DNA from: a bacterium
GTDB taxonomy: Bacteria; Patescibacteriota; Minisyncoccia; 2-01-FULL-47-10; JBBIMT01
NCBI GenBank assembly: GCA_037443185.1
Contig: JBBIOV010000001.1
Coordinates: 10,866-74,865, forward strand
DNA length: 64,000 nucleotides
Direction of reading: 5' to 3'
The notes under the pieces were generated by a model. That model did not search any database. It had not been told where the DNA came from and was given only the letters and a program-made list of their open reading frames with translations. A program made the translations under genes and the position numbers. Positions 10,036 to 19,888 of this stretch are shown piece by piece; the first letter of the stretch is position 1; every line of letters begins with the position of its first letter.

Positions 10036-11076
10036 ATGCTTGTTTCTATTAATATTTTAACTTGGAATGCCCAAAAATACATCCGCCAATGTTTAAATGG
10101 CGTTTTTAGTCAATCGTATGATAAATTTGAAATTAATATTGTTGATAACGGTTCAAAAGATAAGACGGTCGCTATTTTAAAAGAAGAATTTTTACCAAAA
10201 TATAAAGGAATAAAGTTGATAGAAAATAAAAATAATATCGGATTTGCGCAAGGACACAATCAGTTAATAAAAATTTCGTCAGGCGATTTAATTTTATCGT
10301 TAAATCAGGATTTAATTTTAGAAAAAGATTATATTAAAAATTCTGTTCCTTTGTTTAAAGATAAATCTATCGGGGCAATGCAGGGTAAACTTTATCGTTT
10401 TGATTGGGATAAAAATGAAATTCAGCAAAACGAAGGTAGGAAAATTATTGATACTACTGGATTGATAATTTTGAAATCACGACGGGTCATTAATAGAGGA
10501 CAAGGACAACCTGATTTGGGACTTTATGAAAATATAGAAGAAATTTTCGGAGTTGACGGTGCGGCGCCGCTTTATCGTCGTCAAGCGTTAGAAGATATTA
10601 AATTGCCATTTATTTTTCAGTCTCTTAATGATGAATATTTTGATTCTGATTTTTTTTCCTACTTAGAAGATGTTGATATCTCCTGGCGTTTACGACTAGC
10701 AGGCTGGAAAATCGTTTATAATCCAAAAGCGATTGGCTATCATGGGAGAGGCGCTAAAGATGTCAAAAATATATTTAATCTCTTTGAATTATTTTTAACA
10801 AGAAAAAATATTAATTCTTTTGTAAAAAAAATCTCCTGGCGTAATAGACGATTAATGCAGCTTAAAAATGAATTTGTTTTAAATATTTTAAAAGATGTTC
10901 CTTTTTGGTTAATAAAAGAAGTTTTGGGATTAATTTATATTCTTTTTTTTGAACCACAAACCCTTAAGGCAATTCCTGAATTTTTTTCAATGGCTCCTAA
11001 AGCGCTTAAGAAAAGAAAATATATTATGAATAATTTAAAAGTTAAACCGCAAGATATTAGGCAATGGTTTCAATGA
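10036..11076 (+). CDS. GT2 family glycosyltransferase
   Basis: VDNGSKD, NIGFAQGHN, LNQD, EDVDISWR; ATG at 10036 lies in a 12-nt tandem duplication (tgcttgtttcta x2, 10025-10048). Confidence 0.93.
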   Translation: MLVSINILTWNAQKYIRQCLNGVFSQSYDKFEINIVDNGSKDKTVAILKEEFLPKYKGIKLIENKNNIGFAQGHNQLIKISSGDLILSLNQDLILEKDYIKNSVPLFKDKSIGAMQGKLYRFDWDKNEIQQNEGRKIIDTTGLIILKSRRVINRGQGQPDLGLYENIEEIFGVDGAAPLYRRQALEDIKLPFIFQSLNDEYFDSDFFSYLEDVDISWRLRLAGWKIVYNPKAIGYHGRGAKDVKNIFNLFELFLTRKNINSFVKKISWRNRRLMQLKNEFVLNILKDVPFWLIKEVLGLIYILFFEPQTLKAIPEFFSMAPKALKKRKYIMNNLKVKPQDIRQWFQ

Positions 11077-11077
11077 T

Positions 11078-12100
11078 ATGTTCAAGTCAATTTTGATTAA
11101 AACCTTTTTTGTCGTTCTTATTATCGTGTTTATAATTTTAATTCTTACTGGCTATTTAACATTTAAAACAAATATCGTTTTAGATCAAATTTCTGTTTCT
11201 GAAGATAAAATAAGTACAGATTTTTATCTTCCGAAGGTTGAGACTTTAGATAATTATTTACCAAAATTATCAGAATATAAAGAACCAACCAAAGATCCAA
11301 ATAGAATTAATATTTTATTGCTTGGAATAAGAGGTATTAATGATCTCTATGGTGGAACATTAACCGATACTATTTTGCTTATCTCTTATAAAATAAATTC
11401 GTCGCAAGTAGCGCTCATTTCAATACCGCGAGATATTTACATTAAACTACCGTTTCAAAATCATTGGGTGAAAATTAATGAGGCTTATGCGCAGGGGTTA
11501 AAATTTGGAAGCGAAAGAAGTGGCCTTGAACTTGCCCGTCATGCAGTTCAAAGAATAACAGGAGTAGCAATTGATCATGTAGTGCGAATAGACTTTGAAG
11601 CTTTCAAAAAAACAATTGATTTAGTTGGCGGAATTGAAATTTATTTAGATAAACCTTTTGAAGAAAAAGAACAATTCAAAGGAGCCGGAACTTTTTATCT
11701 GCCAGCAGGAAAAAATATTTTAAATAGCGAACAAGCTCTTTATTATGTGCGGTCACGTTATTCCACAAACGATTTCGATAGAGCAAAAAGAACCCAACAA
11801 GTTTTAATAGCCATTAAAGATAAAATTTTAAAAGATAAGACTTTATTTAACATCGGGAAAATCAACGAAGTATTGAATATTTTGGGAGAGCATGTAAGAA
11901 CTGATATGAGTATTGCTCAAATGAAAAAATATTTTTTAGCATACAGTCATTTCGATTTTTCAAGTATCAAAACGAAAGTTTTCACTGATGCTCCTGACGG
12001 AGAACTTATTTCTCAATTAATTAACGGTATATATGTGCTTTTGCCAAAAGATGGAACTTTTCAAAAAATGCAAGAAGAAGTTCAAAAAATTTTCGATTGA
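11078..12100 (+). CDS. LytR-CpsA-Psr (LCP) glycopolymer transferase
   Basis: N-terminal TM; NILLLG, TDTI, SIPRD, KINEAY, YVRSR, DFDRAKRTQ. Confidence 0.95.
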   Translation: MFKSILIKTFFVVLIIVFIILILTGYLTFKTNIVLDQISVSEDKISTDFYLPKVETLDNYLPKLSEYKEPTKDPNRINILLLGIRGINDLYGGTLTDTILLISYKINSSQVALISIPRDIYIKLPFQNHWVKINEAYAQGLKFGSERSGLELARHAVQRITGVAIDHVVRIDFEAFKKTIDLVGGIEIYLDKPFEEKEQFKGAGTFYLPAGKNILNSEQALYYVRSRYSTNDFDRAKRTQQVLIAIKDKILKDKTLFNIGKINEVLNILGEHVRTDMSIAQMKKYFLAYSHFDFSSIKTKVFTDAPDGELISQLINGIYVLLPKDGTFQKMQEEVQKIFD

Positions 12101-12121
12101 TATTAAATTGGGTTTAACTGT

Positions 12122-12952
12122 ATGTTGTCGATTATTATTACTCATTATAAAACTTTAAATTTATTAATAAAATGCCTCGATTCAATTAAAAAATGCGAAG
12201 GTAAAAGAGATTTTGAAGTTATCGTTTGTGATTCTCAGGCTCAAAAAAAAACAAAACAAATTATAAAAAACAATTATCCACAGGTACGCTATATAAAATT
12301 TACTGAAAATGTCGGATATGGTAGACTAGTTAATGCTGGCATAAAAGCCGCTCAAGGAAATTATTACTTGATTTTAAACGCTGATGTCATCGTCAATGTC
12401 AATGGAATTGAAAAAATGCTTAATTATTTCAATAATAATCCTGATATTGGCGTTTTAGGTCCTAAACTTTTAAACATTGATGGTACTTTGCAAAATAGTT
12501 GTTTTCGGTGGTATGATTTTTGGGTAGTGCTTGCTCGGCGAACAAGTTTTGGCAAAACAAATTTTGGAAAAAAAGTTTTAGCAAAATTTTTAATGGAAGA
12601 TTATGACAAAAAACATCCTCGCGAAGTCAATTGGGTAATGGGGTCGGCTTTTTTAACCTCAAAAAAAGTTATTCAGAAAGTTGGCTTGATAGATTCTCGG
12701 TTTTTTATGTATTTTGATGATGTAGATTTTTGTAAAAGAGTCTGGCTTGCTGGTTTTAAGGTAGTTTATTTTCCTGAAGCAATATTTATACATCATCATC
12801 TAAAATCTTCAGATAGCAAAAGGGGAGTGATAGATATCTTCAAAAATCCATTAACAAGAATTCATATTGTAAGTTATATAAAATATACCTTAAAGTGGAT
12901 GTTCAAGAAAAATTTAATACAATTTTTGCAGTCACAAAGTTTTTTCTATTGA
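12122..12952 (+). CDS. GT2 family glycosyltransferase (WbbL-like)
   Basis: NVGYGRLVN, LNAD, VNWVMGS, FFMYFDDVDFC. Confidence 0.93.
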   Translation: MLSIIITHYKTLNLLIKCLDSIKKCEGKRDFEVIVCDSQAQKKTKQIIKNNYPQVRYIKFTENVGYGRLVNAGIKAAQGNYYLILNADVIVNVNGIEKMLNYFNNNPDIGVLGPKLLNIDGTLQNSCFRWYDFWVVLARRTSFGKTNFGKKVLAKFLMEDYDKKHPREVNWVMGSAFLTSKKVIQKVGLIDSRFFMYFDDVDFCKRVWLAGFKVVYFPEAIFIHHHLKSSDSKRGVIDIFKNPLTRIHIVSYIKYTLKWMFKKNLIQFLQSQSFFY

Positions 12953-13553
12953 AATAAAAAAAATTCAAGGATAATTTTATTGGCTTTAGATTTATTATTA
13001 AAAATATTCAAGGAGGAGGCTATTTAGTTTTTATAAATGTGTTATTTTAAATGATAAAAAGTTAATTTGGATTTTTAAACAGTGTGTGCTTAATTATTTT
13101 ATAAAAAGTATTTGAAGTTTCGATTTTTATGGTAAAAAATTAGTAAATATGACTAAAGTAATAAAAAGAGTTTAGCGATACATTAAATGTGTTTAAAAAT
13201 AAAATAGACGATTTAACTATACTAATTCAAATTGTTTTAAAAGCTATCATTATATCTTTTTGCTTTTACCCCTTTCTTTTTTTAAAAAATTGGTTATAAT
13301 GAAAAATTAAAATGCTGGTAAAAATTGTTAAAAACGGGAGTTGCCGAATTAATCTGATGAATGAAATTTAAAATCGCAAATTTTAAAAAATTGCCACTTC
13401 ACTAATTTATATTTATTTATAAACAATTTATGATTTGGCCATTTTGATTTTTATCATTTGTTGAATTTGTTTTTAATTTAAAAATTAAGAATGATAAGAT
13501 TAGAGTAAACATAGTTTAGGGTAAAGAAAAATTAAATACTATATTTTAAAACA

Positions 13554-14759
13554 ATGCGCAAAATATTATTTTTTATTTCAGGAGTAATACTTTTTATCGT
13601 TGGATTTCAGACAGCGCGAGTTTATCCTGATTTAAACTTACCTTTACAATTACAGCCCACTTTTAAATATACTGGAAATTTAGAAGATAAACCGCCTCTT
13701 GATATGTTTTGGTATGTTTGGGATAAAGTGCATCAGTTATTTATTGATAAAGATAAATTAAATAATCAGGAACTTTTATTTGGGGCAATAAAGGGAATGG
13801 TAGATGCAACGGGTGATCCTTATTCGGCTTATCTTGACCCAAAAGAGACAAAAAATTTTAATGATTCGCTTCAGGGTTCTTTCGAAGGAATAGGCGCCGA
13901 AATCGGAAAAAGGGATTCAAATATTGTCATAATTGCTCCATTAAAAAATACTCCGGCAGAAAGAGCAGGATTGAAGCCAGGCGATATAGTTTTAAAAATC
14001 GACAATGTTTCTACTTATAAAATGAGTTTAGATGAAGCGGTAAGTAGAATAAAAGGAAAAAGGGGGACTGAAGTCACTTTAAATGTTTTAAGAGAAAGTG
14101 AATCTGAGCCAATCGATATTAAAATTATAAGAGATTTAATAAATATCCCAGTAATGGATTTAACGCTTATTAATGGCGCCAATGGCAATGAAAAGATTGC
14201 TCATCTGTCAATTTATAATTTCAACGAAAAATTATCTTTTGAATTCCAAAAAGCTGTGTCCGAAATCAAAAAAAATAATATTACAAAAATCATCTTAGAT
14301 TTTCGTAATAACCCAGGGGGAATTTTAGAAACTGCTGTAAATATTGCAGGTTATTTTGTTGAAAAAGATTCTCTCATTGTAAAGGAATTAACTCAAAATG
14401 GCAGTATCAGAGAACATCGATCTAACAGAATTGATGCGCCCTTAAAAGATAAAAAAATAGTTGTTTTAATTAATAAAGGAACAGCTTCAGCAGCGGAAAT
14501 TTTAGCAGGAGCTCTAAAAGAAATTAAAAATATTACGATTATCGGAGAGAAATCTTTTGGCAAAGGTTCTGTGCAAGCTTATGAAATATTACCGGATAAA
14601 TCGTCATTGAAACTTACAGTTGCTAAATGGTTGACGCCAAGCAGTAAATCTATACAGGACAATGGTATAACGCCTGATATTGAAATTAAAATCAGTAAAG
14701 AAGATTTAGAATCAAAAAAAGATCCTCAACTGGAAAAAGCTTTACAAATTTTAAAATAG
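13554..14759 (+). CDS. ctpA: C-terminal processing peptidase, S41 family
   Basis: DPYSAY, PDZ GIGAE, DFRNNPGG, TASAAE, FGKGSVQ. Confidence 0.95.
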   Translation: MRKILFFISGVILFIVGFQTARVYPDLNLPLQLQPTFKYTGNLEDKPPLDMFWYVWDKVHQLFIDKDKLNNQELLFGAIKGMVDATGDPYSAYLDPKETKNFNDSLQGSFEGIGAEIGKRDSNIVIIAPLKNTPAERAGLKPGDIVLKIDNVSTYKMSLDEAVSRIKGKRGTEVTLNVLRESESEPIDIKIIRDLINIPVMDLTLINGANGNEKIAHLSIYNFNEKLSFEFQKAVSEIKKNNITKIILDFRNNPGGILETAVNIAGYFVEKDSLIVKELTQNGSIREHRSNRIDAPLKDKKIVVLINKGTASAAEILAGALKEIKNITIIGEKSFGKGSVQAYEILPDKSSLKLTVAKWLTPSSKSIQDNGITPDIEIKISKEDLESKKDPQLEKALQILK

Positions 14760-14834
14760 TAAAAACTTTTTTGTCATTATTTTTTTATTTATAAAAATTA
14801 AAAATTGGATTGAAATTAAAATCCATTTCGTAAA

Positions 14835-15314
14835 ATGAAAAAAATCAAAATCATCCTCTTAAAAGATGTGTCTATTTTAGGAGTTAAAGGAGATATAACA
14901 GAAGTAACCTTTGGATACTTTAAAAACTATCTTTTACCACAAAAATTAGCAGAAGTTTTGACCGAAGCTAAATTGCAACAAATAGAAGCACAAAAAATAG
15001 CTTTAGCTCAAAAAGAAAAGAAAGATTTTGAGCGAGCAAAAAAACTAAAAAAACTTCTTAAAAGCATCACTTTGAAATTTAAGATGCCAGCGGAAAAAGA
15101 GCATCTTTATGGATCCATAGGACCAAAAGACATAGTTAAGGCATTAGCCGAAAAAAATATAAAAATCTCCGAAAAAAATATTTTAATGGATTCACATATT
15201 AAAACAACTGGAGAACATAGTGTTTCAATAGATTTAGGTTATAATTTTAAAACAAAACTTCAAATTAAAATTCAAGCTTCTTTCAGTAAAAAAAGTTCTA
15301 AGAATAAAAAATAA
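14835..15314 (+). CDS. rplI: 50S ribosomal protein L9
   Basis: IILLKDV..LGVKGDI.EV..GYFKNYLLP, LYGSI, IKTTGEH. Confidence 0.96.
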   Translation: MKKIKIILLKDVSILGVKGDITEVTFGYFKNYLLPQKLAEVLTEAKLQQIEAQKIALAQKEKKDFERAKKLKKLLKSITLKFKMPAEKEHLYGSIGPKDIVKALAEKNIKISEKNILMDSHIKTTGEHSVSIDLGYNFKTKLQIKIQASFSKKSSKNKK

Positions 15315-15319
15315 TTTTT

Positions 15320-17011
15320 TTGATGGATTATCAAAATCGCAAAAAAGGGAAAGGTCCTTATTATATTTTCATTTTTGGAGGGGTAATGTCTGGAATAGGG
15401 AAGGGAATAGTTTCTGGATCTATTGGTGCACTTTTAAAAAGTGCTGGTTTTAGAACATCTTGTATGAAAATTGATCCTTATTTAAATGTTGATGCCGGCA
15501 CAATGAATCCGACTGAACATGGAGAAGTTTTTGTAACTTATGATGGTATGGAGACTGATCAAGATATAGGCAGTTATGAGCGTTTTTTACATGAAGAGAT
15601 AAGCGCTGCAAATTATATGACTTCAGGTTCTGTTTTCAAAACAGTAATCGATAACGAAAGAACCTTAAAATATGATGGCCGATGCGTCGAAGTTGTGCCG
15701 CATATTCCTAATGAAATTATACGACGTATCAAATTAGCTGTAAAAAAATCTCAATTAGATTTTTTAATCGTCGAAGTTGGGGGCACAGTAGGGGAATATC
15801 AAAATATGTTATTTGTTGAAGCCGCGAGAATGATGAAAATTCAAAATCCAACAAATGTCGCTTTCATTTTGGTAGGTTATTTGCCAACTCCTCCACATAT
15901 CGGCGAAATGAAAACTAAACCAACTCAATATGCCGTTAGAACTCTTAATATGGCTGGCATTCAGCCAGACCTTTTAATCGCAAGAGCACAAAACAAAATA
16001 GATGAAAAAAGAAAAGAAAAACTTTCAATTTTTTGCAATGTAAGTATTAATCATATCATTTCTGCGCCTGATATGGAATCAATTTATCAGGTGCCTTTAG
16101 AATTATTAAAAGAAAATATTGTTAAAATTATTCTGCGACATTTTAATTTACCCATTAAAAAAGATTTAAAAAAATCAATTTTTTTAAAAAAATGGCAGGA
16201 GTTAGTCAAAAAGATTAATTCGCGTTCGGCATTAAAAGTTCGTATCGGTATTTCCGGAAAATATTTTCGTAGCGGAAGATATACTTTGTCTGATTCTTAT
16301 ATCTCTGTTATAGAAGCAATAAAGCACGCTTCCTGGGCTAATAATATTCAACCGGAAATAATTTGGTTAGATTCAGAAAAATATGAAAAAAATCCTTCCT
16401 TAGTAAAAGAACTGGCAGATTTCGATGGCATTATCGTGCCTGGTGGATTTGGCAGTAGGGGAGTAGAAGGTAAAATTTTAACAATAGAATTCGCGAGGAA
16501 AAAATTGGTCCCTTATTTAGGATTATGTTACGGGATGCAACTTGCTTGTATTGAAATAGCGCGTAATGTTTTAAATTTAAAAGATGCCAATACAACAGAG
16601 GTTGACCCAAATACAAAAAACCCAGTAATTGACACAATGCCAGAACAAAAAGTATTTTTAAAAGAAAAATATTTCGGAGGTTCAATGAGACTTGGACAAT
16701 ATTTATGCGACATTAAAAACGGGACTATTGCTTTTAGAGCTTATAAAAAAAATAAAATATTAGAGAGGCACCGCCATCGCTATGAATTTAATAATCAATA
16801 CAAAAGCATTTTTGAAAGTGCGGGTGTAATATTTTCTGGCATCAACAAAGAAAGATCTTTAGTGGAAATAATGGAACTTAAAAACCACCCCTTTTTTTTA
16901 GGGACACAATTTCATCCTGAATTTAAATCCCGACCATTAAAACCGCACCCTCTTTTTCAGGCTTTTATAAAAGCAGCCCTTCAAAGAAGTAAAAAACGCA
17001 CCAAAAATTGA
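15320..17011 (+). CDS. pyrG: CTP synthase
   Basis: GGVMSGIGKG, KIDPYLNVDAGTMNP, GLCYGMQ, ERHRHRYE, QFHPEF. Confidence 0.98.
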   Translation: MMDYQNRKKGKGPYYIFIFGGVMSGIGKGIVSGSIGALLKSAGFRTSCMKIDPYLNVDAGTMNPTEHGEVFVTYDGMETDQDIGSYERFLHEEISAANYMTSGSVFKTVIDNERTLKYDGRCVEVVPHIPNEIIRRIKLAVKKSQLDFLIVEVGGTVGEYQNMLFVEAARMMKIQNPTNVAFILVGYLPTPPHIGEMKTKPTQYAVRTLNMAGIQPDLLIARAQNKIDEKRKEKLSIFCNVSINHIISAPDMESIYQVPLELLKENIVKIILRHFNLPIKKDLKKSIFLKKWQELVKKINSRSALKVRIGISGKYFRSGRYTLSDSYISVIEAIKHASWANNIQPEIIWLDSEKYEKNPSLVKELADFDGIIVPGGFGSRGVEGKILTIEFARKKLVPYLGLCYGMQLACIEIARNVLNLKDANTTEVDPNTKNPVIDTMPEQKVFLKEKYFGGSMRLGQYLCDIKNGTIAFRAYKKNKILERHRHRYEFNNQYKSIFESAGVIFSGINKERSLVEIMELKNHPFFLGTQFHPEFKSRPLKPHPLFQAFIKAALQRSKKRTKN

Positions 17012-17046
17012 AGAAACTCTACTTTTGAGCTCTAAAGCTTTTAAAG

Positions 17047-17319
17047 TTAATTGACGCTAACAAATTTTGCTTTTTTGGTGCGTCCGTCAAAGAGGCGAAT
17101 TTTTTTTTCATAAAACTTAACAATACCTGATTTTGCGGCATAAATAGTATAATCCTTGCCAATACGCACATTTTTTCCTGGCTTAAATGTTTCGCCTCTT
17201 TGTCGCACGATTATATTGCCAACCTGCGCTTTTTGGCCGCCAAAAATCTTGACTCCTAATCGTTTTGATATAGAATCTCTTCCTAAAGTTGTAGTTGTTT
17301 TACCTCCTTTTCCGGCCAT
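17047..17319 (-). CDS. rpmA: 50S ribosomal protein L27
   Basis: [26 protein letters not shown]; start reassigned to ATG 17319 (90 aa). Confidence 0.95.
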   Translation of the reverse strand: MAGKGGKTTTTLGRDSISKRLGVKIFGGQKAQVGNIIVRQRGETFKPGKNVRIGKDYTIYAAKSGIVKFYEKKIRLFDGRTKKAKFVSVN

Positions 17320-17373
17320 ATTGATAATATTTTTAAGTTTATTAAAAATGATAATTAAATTTAATTTTATAAA

Positions 17374-17697
17374 ATGATAAACGAAATTAATCAAAAAATC
17401 AATAGAAAATTCGGTAAATTAATAAGGATTAGCTCATGGGAATCATGTTTCAATTCATTAGAGAGTCTATTTAAAAAAATCAAAAATAATATTCTTATAT
17501 ACAAAGAATTAATCGAAAAAGCCATAATACTAACTTTAATCATTGTTTTTGCCTTTATTTTAGGGCTTTCCCTTGGTATAAGCCAAAAACAACTTACTGG
17601 AGCTATTTTTACAAGTCCTGAAGGATTTGATATGGAATTAGAGGAAAATTTCTTTATTCAAATGGATAAACTATTTAAATTAAAGAGTAATTATTAA
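17374..17697 (+). CDS. Hypothetical single-pass membrane protein
   Basis: 107-aa ORF with one hydrophobic segment ([20 protein letters not shown]); start uncertain. Confidence 0.55.
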   Translation: MINEINQKINRKFGKLIRISSWESCFNSLESLFKKIKNNILIYKELIEKAIILTLIIVFAFILGLSLGISQKQLTGAIFTSPEGFDMELEENFFIQMDKLFKLKSNY

Positions 17698-17890
17698 AGA
17701 TACTAATTATAAAGATACACGAAAAGTTCAAAATGATTAACTTGATAGCTTAAAATATTATTTAGTAAATTGTGCTTTTAAAATCATTTACCTTTAAAAA
17801 AACGCAAAAAAATTTGTTTTAAATTATCCAAAATTTGCTAATTATGATTTATAATATAGTTTTTTTATGCTTTGTTTTACATAATTTTAT

Positions 17891-17918
17891 ATGACGCATA
17901 AGATACATTGTGCGACAT
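17891..17918 (-). other. Putative dif (Xer recombination) site
   Basis: Minus strand ATGTCGCACAA-TGTATC-TTATGCGTCAT (11-6-11) versus E. coli dif GGTGCGCATAA-TGTATA-TTATGTTAAAT; intergenic, at the switch from mostly + to mostly - genes. Confidence 0.65.
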
Positions 17919-17934
17919 ATTAAATTAAACAAAT

Positions 17935-17955
17935 AAGGGGCCATAAAAGCCCCTT
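17935..17955 (-). terminator. Intrinsic terminator downstream of the two small Zn-finger genes
   Basis: AAGGGGC-N7-GCCCCTT hairpin followed by ATTTGTTT on the minus strand. Confidence 0.65.
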
Positions 17956-17979
17956 CTCTACTTTAAGATAAAAAGTTAA

Positions 17980-18201
17980 TTAAAAATCAAAGAACTTCTG
18001 CGTTGATACTCGCCAACCTCTTCTATCAAGTTCGCGTAAATCAAAAAGTGGTTTCATTGTTTTATGAATCGCGCTCAAATTTCTATATTCTTTAGAACAT
18101 CTTGGACAATGTTGCTCGTGTTTCTTAAAATTTTCTTCTAATATCTCACTTGCCCTTCCCTCAGCTAAAAGCACCAATTCATAGTGTTTTAAACAGTCCA
18201 T
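17980..18201 (-). CDS. Small zf-HC2/ZAS-like (anti-sigma-type) zinc-finger protein
   Basis: MDC...HEQHCPRC (HxxxCxxC); SD AAAGGAGG 4 nt before ATG. Confidence 0.7.
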   Translation of the reverse strand: MDCLKHYELVLLAEGRASEILEENFKKHEQHCPRCSKEYRNLSAIHKTMKPLFDLRELDRRGWRVSTQKFFDF

Positions 18202-18473
18202 ACTTCCTCCTTTGTCATATTATGCGCAATTATATGTTGAGGATTAATGCATTTTAACGATAAGGTCTTACGACATTTTGAGCAATAATATTCAATAACT
18301 CCTCTTTTAAATTTATTTATATCATCATTTAACTTATCAAATCGCCTATTCAGTAAAGCTGACTGAAAAATGAAACCGCAGTCACAAATAAAAACACAAT
18401 TTTGCTGCGCCGCCTGAATTATCTTTTCCGATATTACGGCCATAATTGTTTTGCCTCTTGGACTTAATATCAT
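18189..18473 (-). CDS. Small Cys-rich putative zinc-ribbon protein
   Basis: CDCG and CSKC motifs; SD TAAGGAGG (18490-18483) positions the start at ATG 18473. Confidence 0.65.
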   Translation of the reverse strand: MILSPRGKTIMAVISEKIIQAAQQNCVFICDCGFIFQSALLNRRFDKLNDDINKFKRGVIEYYCSKCRKTLSLKCINPQHIIAHNMTKEEVWTV

Positions 18474-18533
18474 AAAGAACAACCTCCTTATTAATCAATT
18501 GATATTGAAGTTAAATTAATAATACCTCACTTA

Positions 18534-19874
18534 TTATAAATAATCAAGTGGATTTAAAGTACCAGTTGGTTCAGAGCCATCGCCATATTTGAATAAAAGT
18601 TCTCCCGTTGGAGATTTATAAGTGAAAAATTCTGAATATAAACTAAAATGCAAGTGCGAACCAGTTGAATAACCGCTTGAACCTTCTTGTCCTATCACTT
18701 CTCCAGCTTTAACCTCTTCTCCTACTTTTTTATGGGATAATGAATATAGATGGGTATATACAGTTACAAAGCCACCCTCATGCTCAATAGCTAACCAATT
18801 GCCCCAGCCTCCGGCGCACTGCCTACCTTCTCTAGTTTTAGCATAGTTGGGACAAGGACTTTGATTTTTAGCGACTACTTTTCCATCAGCTGCTGCCTTT
18901 ACTTCTGAGCCTAAACCAGATGACATATCAATACCGTTATGACCTTTTCCTCCGTATACTCCAGTTTTGGCATATGGTGTCATCCCGTATCTTTGAGTGA
19001 TGATAGGATTATCTAAGGGCCAGGACAACCACTTTATGCCCTTTGGGGGAATTTTGCCGGCTTTTAAATAAATAATAAATGCGCGCGATTTCTCGACTAA
19101 TGCTTCTAATTTTGCTATTTCGATTCGTAAACTTGCTTCTTCTTTTTGAATTTCAGATAACATTTGAGAATATAATTTTTGCTGCCCTTTGCTTTTTATT
19201 AATATTTTATCTTTCTGTTCTTTTTGTTGGGAAAGATCTTCTTGTTGAAAAGAAAGTTTTTTGTTTAAATTTTCCATTTCTAATTTTTTTTCTTTAATCC
19301 CATCTTGGATTTCTTTTATTTTTTCCTGATTTAATTTTAGTTCCAGAATTAAAGTTCTTATTTCCGCTTGCAGAGAATTTAAATTTTGGCGTTGATTGAA
19401 AAACTCAGAAAATGTTTTATTGGTCAAAAAAATTTCTAAAAGTGAAGCACGGGAATGAACATAAATTTTTCTTATTAAAGCCCCGAGGTGCTTTTTTTTA
19501 TAAGAAATATCTTCTTCCAAGGCTAAAATTTTCAAATCCATTTTTTTAATTTCAAATTCAGCTTGTCGGATATTTAAAGTGGTTTTATTGATTTCATTTT
19601 CCAACCTTTCAATCTGAATCGTTAAATAATGAATTGTATTTTCTAATGAAGTAATTTCTTTGTTTTTATTTTCAAGAAGAAAACGGTAATGCTGGGCTTT
19701 TTGCTCTAATTCTTTTTTTCTTTTTACTAAATCAGAAATTTGCTTTTCAAGTTGGTCTATGGATTGCGCTTTAATAAAGCTTAACGAAAATATAAAAAAA
19801 ATAAATGAAAAAAATAAAATTAATTTTTCTGAAAAATTTTTTTGTAATTTATAGCATAAAAAATTCATTGCCAA
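18534..19874 (-). CDS. M23 peptidoglycan endopeptidase with long coiled coil (EnvC/PcsB-like)
   Basis: Signal peptide, coiled coil, HNGID, YTHL, STGSHLHF. Confidence 0.93.
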   Translation of the reverse strand: MAMNFLCYKLQKNFSEKLILFFSFIFFIFSLSFIKAQSIDQLEKQISDLVKRKKELEQKAQHYRFLLENKNKEITSLENTIHYLTIQIERLENEINKTTLNIRQAEFEIKKMDLKILALEEDISYKKKHLGALIRKIYVHSRASLLEIFLTNKTFSEFFNQRQNLNSLQAEIRTLILELKLNQEKIKEIQDGIKEKKLEMENLNKKLSFQQEDLSQQKEQKDKILIKSKGQQKLYSQMLSEIQKEEASLRIEIAKLEALVEKSRAFIIYLKAGKIPPKGIKWLSWPLDNPIITQRYGMTPYAKTGVYGGKGHNGIDMSSGLGSEVKAAADGKVVAKNQSPCPNYAKTREGRQCAGGWGNWLAIEHEGGFVTVYTHLYSLSHKKVGEEVKAGEVIGQEGSSGYSTGSHLHFSLYSEFFTYKSPTGELLFKYGDGSEPTGTLNPLDYL

Positions 19875-19888
19875 TAAAAAATTATCGT

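Noticed and set aside
13312-13350. Possible c-di-GMP-I riboswitch (GGGAGTTGCCGAA resembles its 3' end)
   Set aside because: The GGCAAAC/GAAA/GACGCAAAG core is absent and the segment is too short
17320-17394. 25-aa N-terminal extension on L27 (Prp-cleaved type)
   Set aside because: AT-rich run-on lacking the Firmicute-type QFFA cleavage motif; ATG 17319 gives normal length
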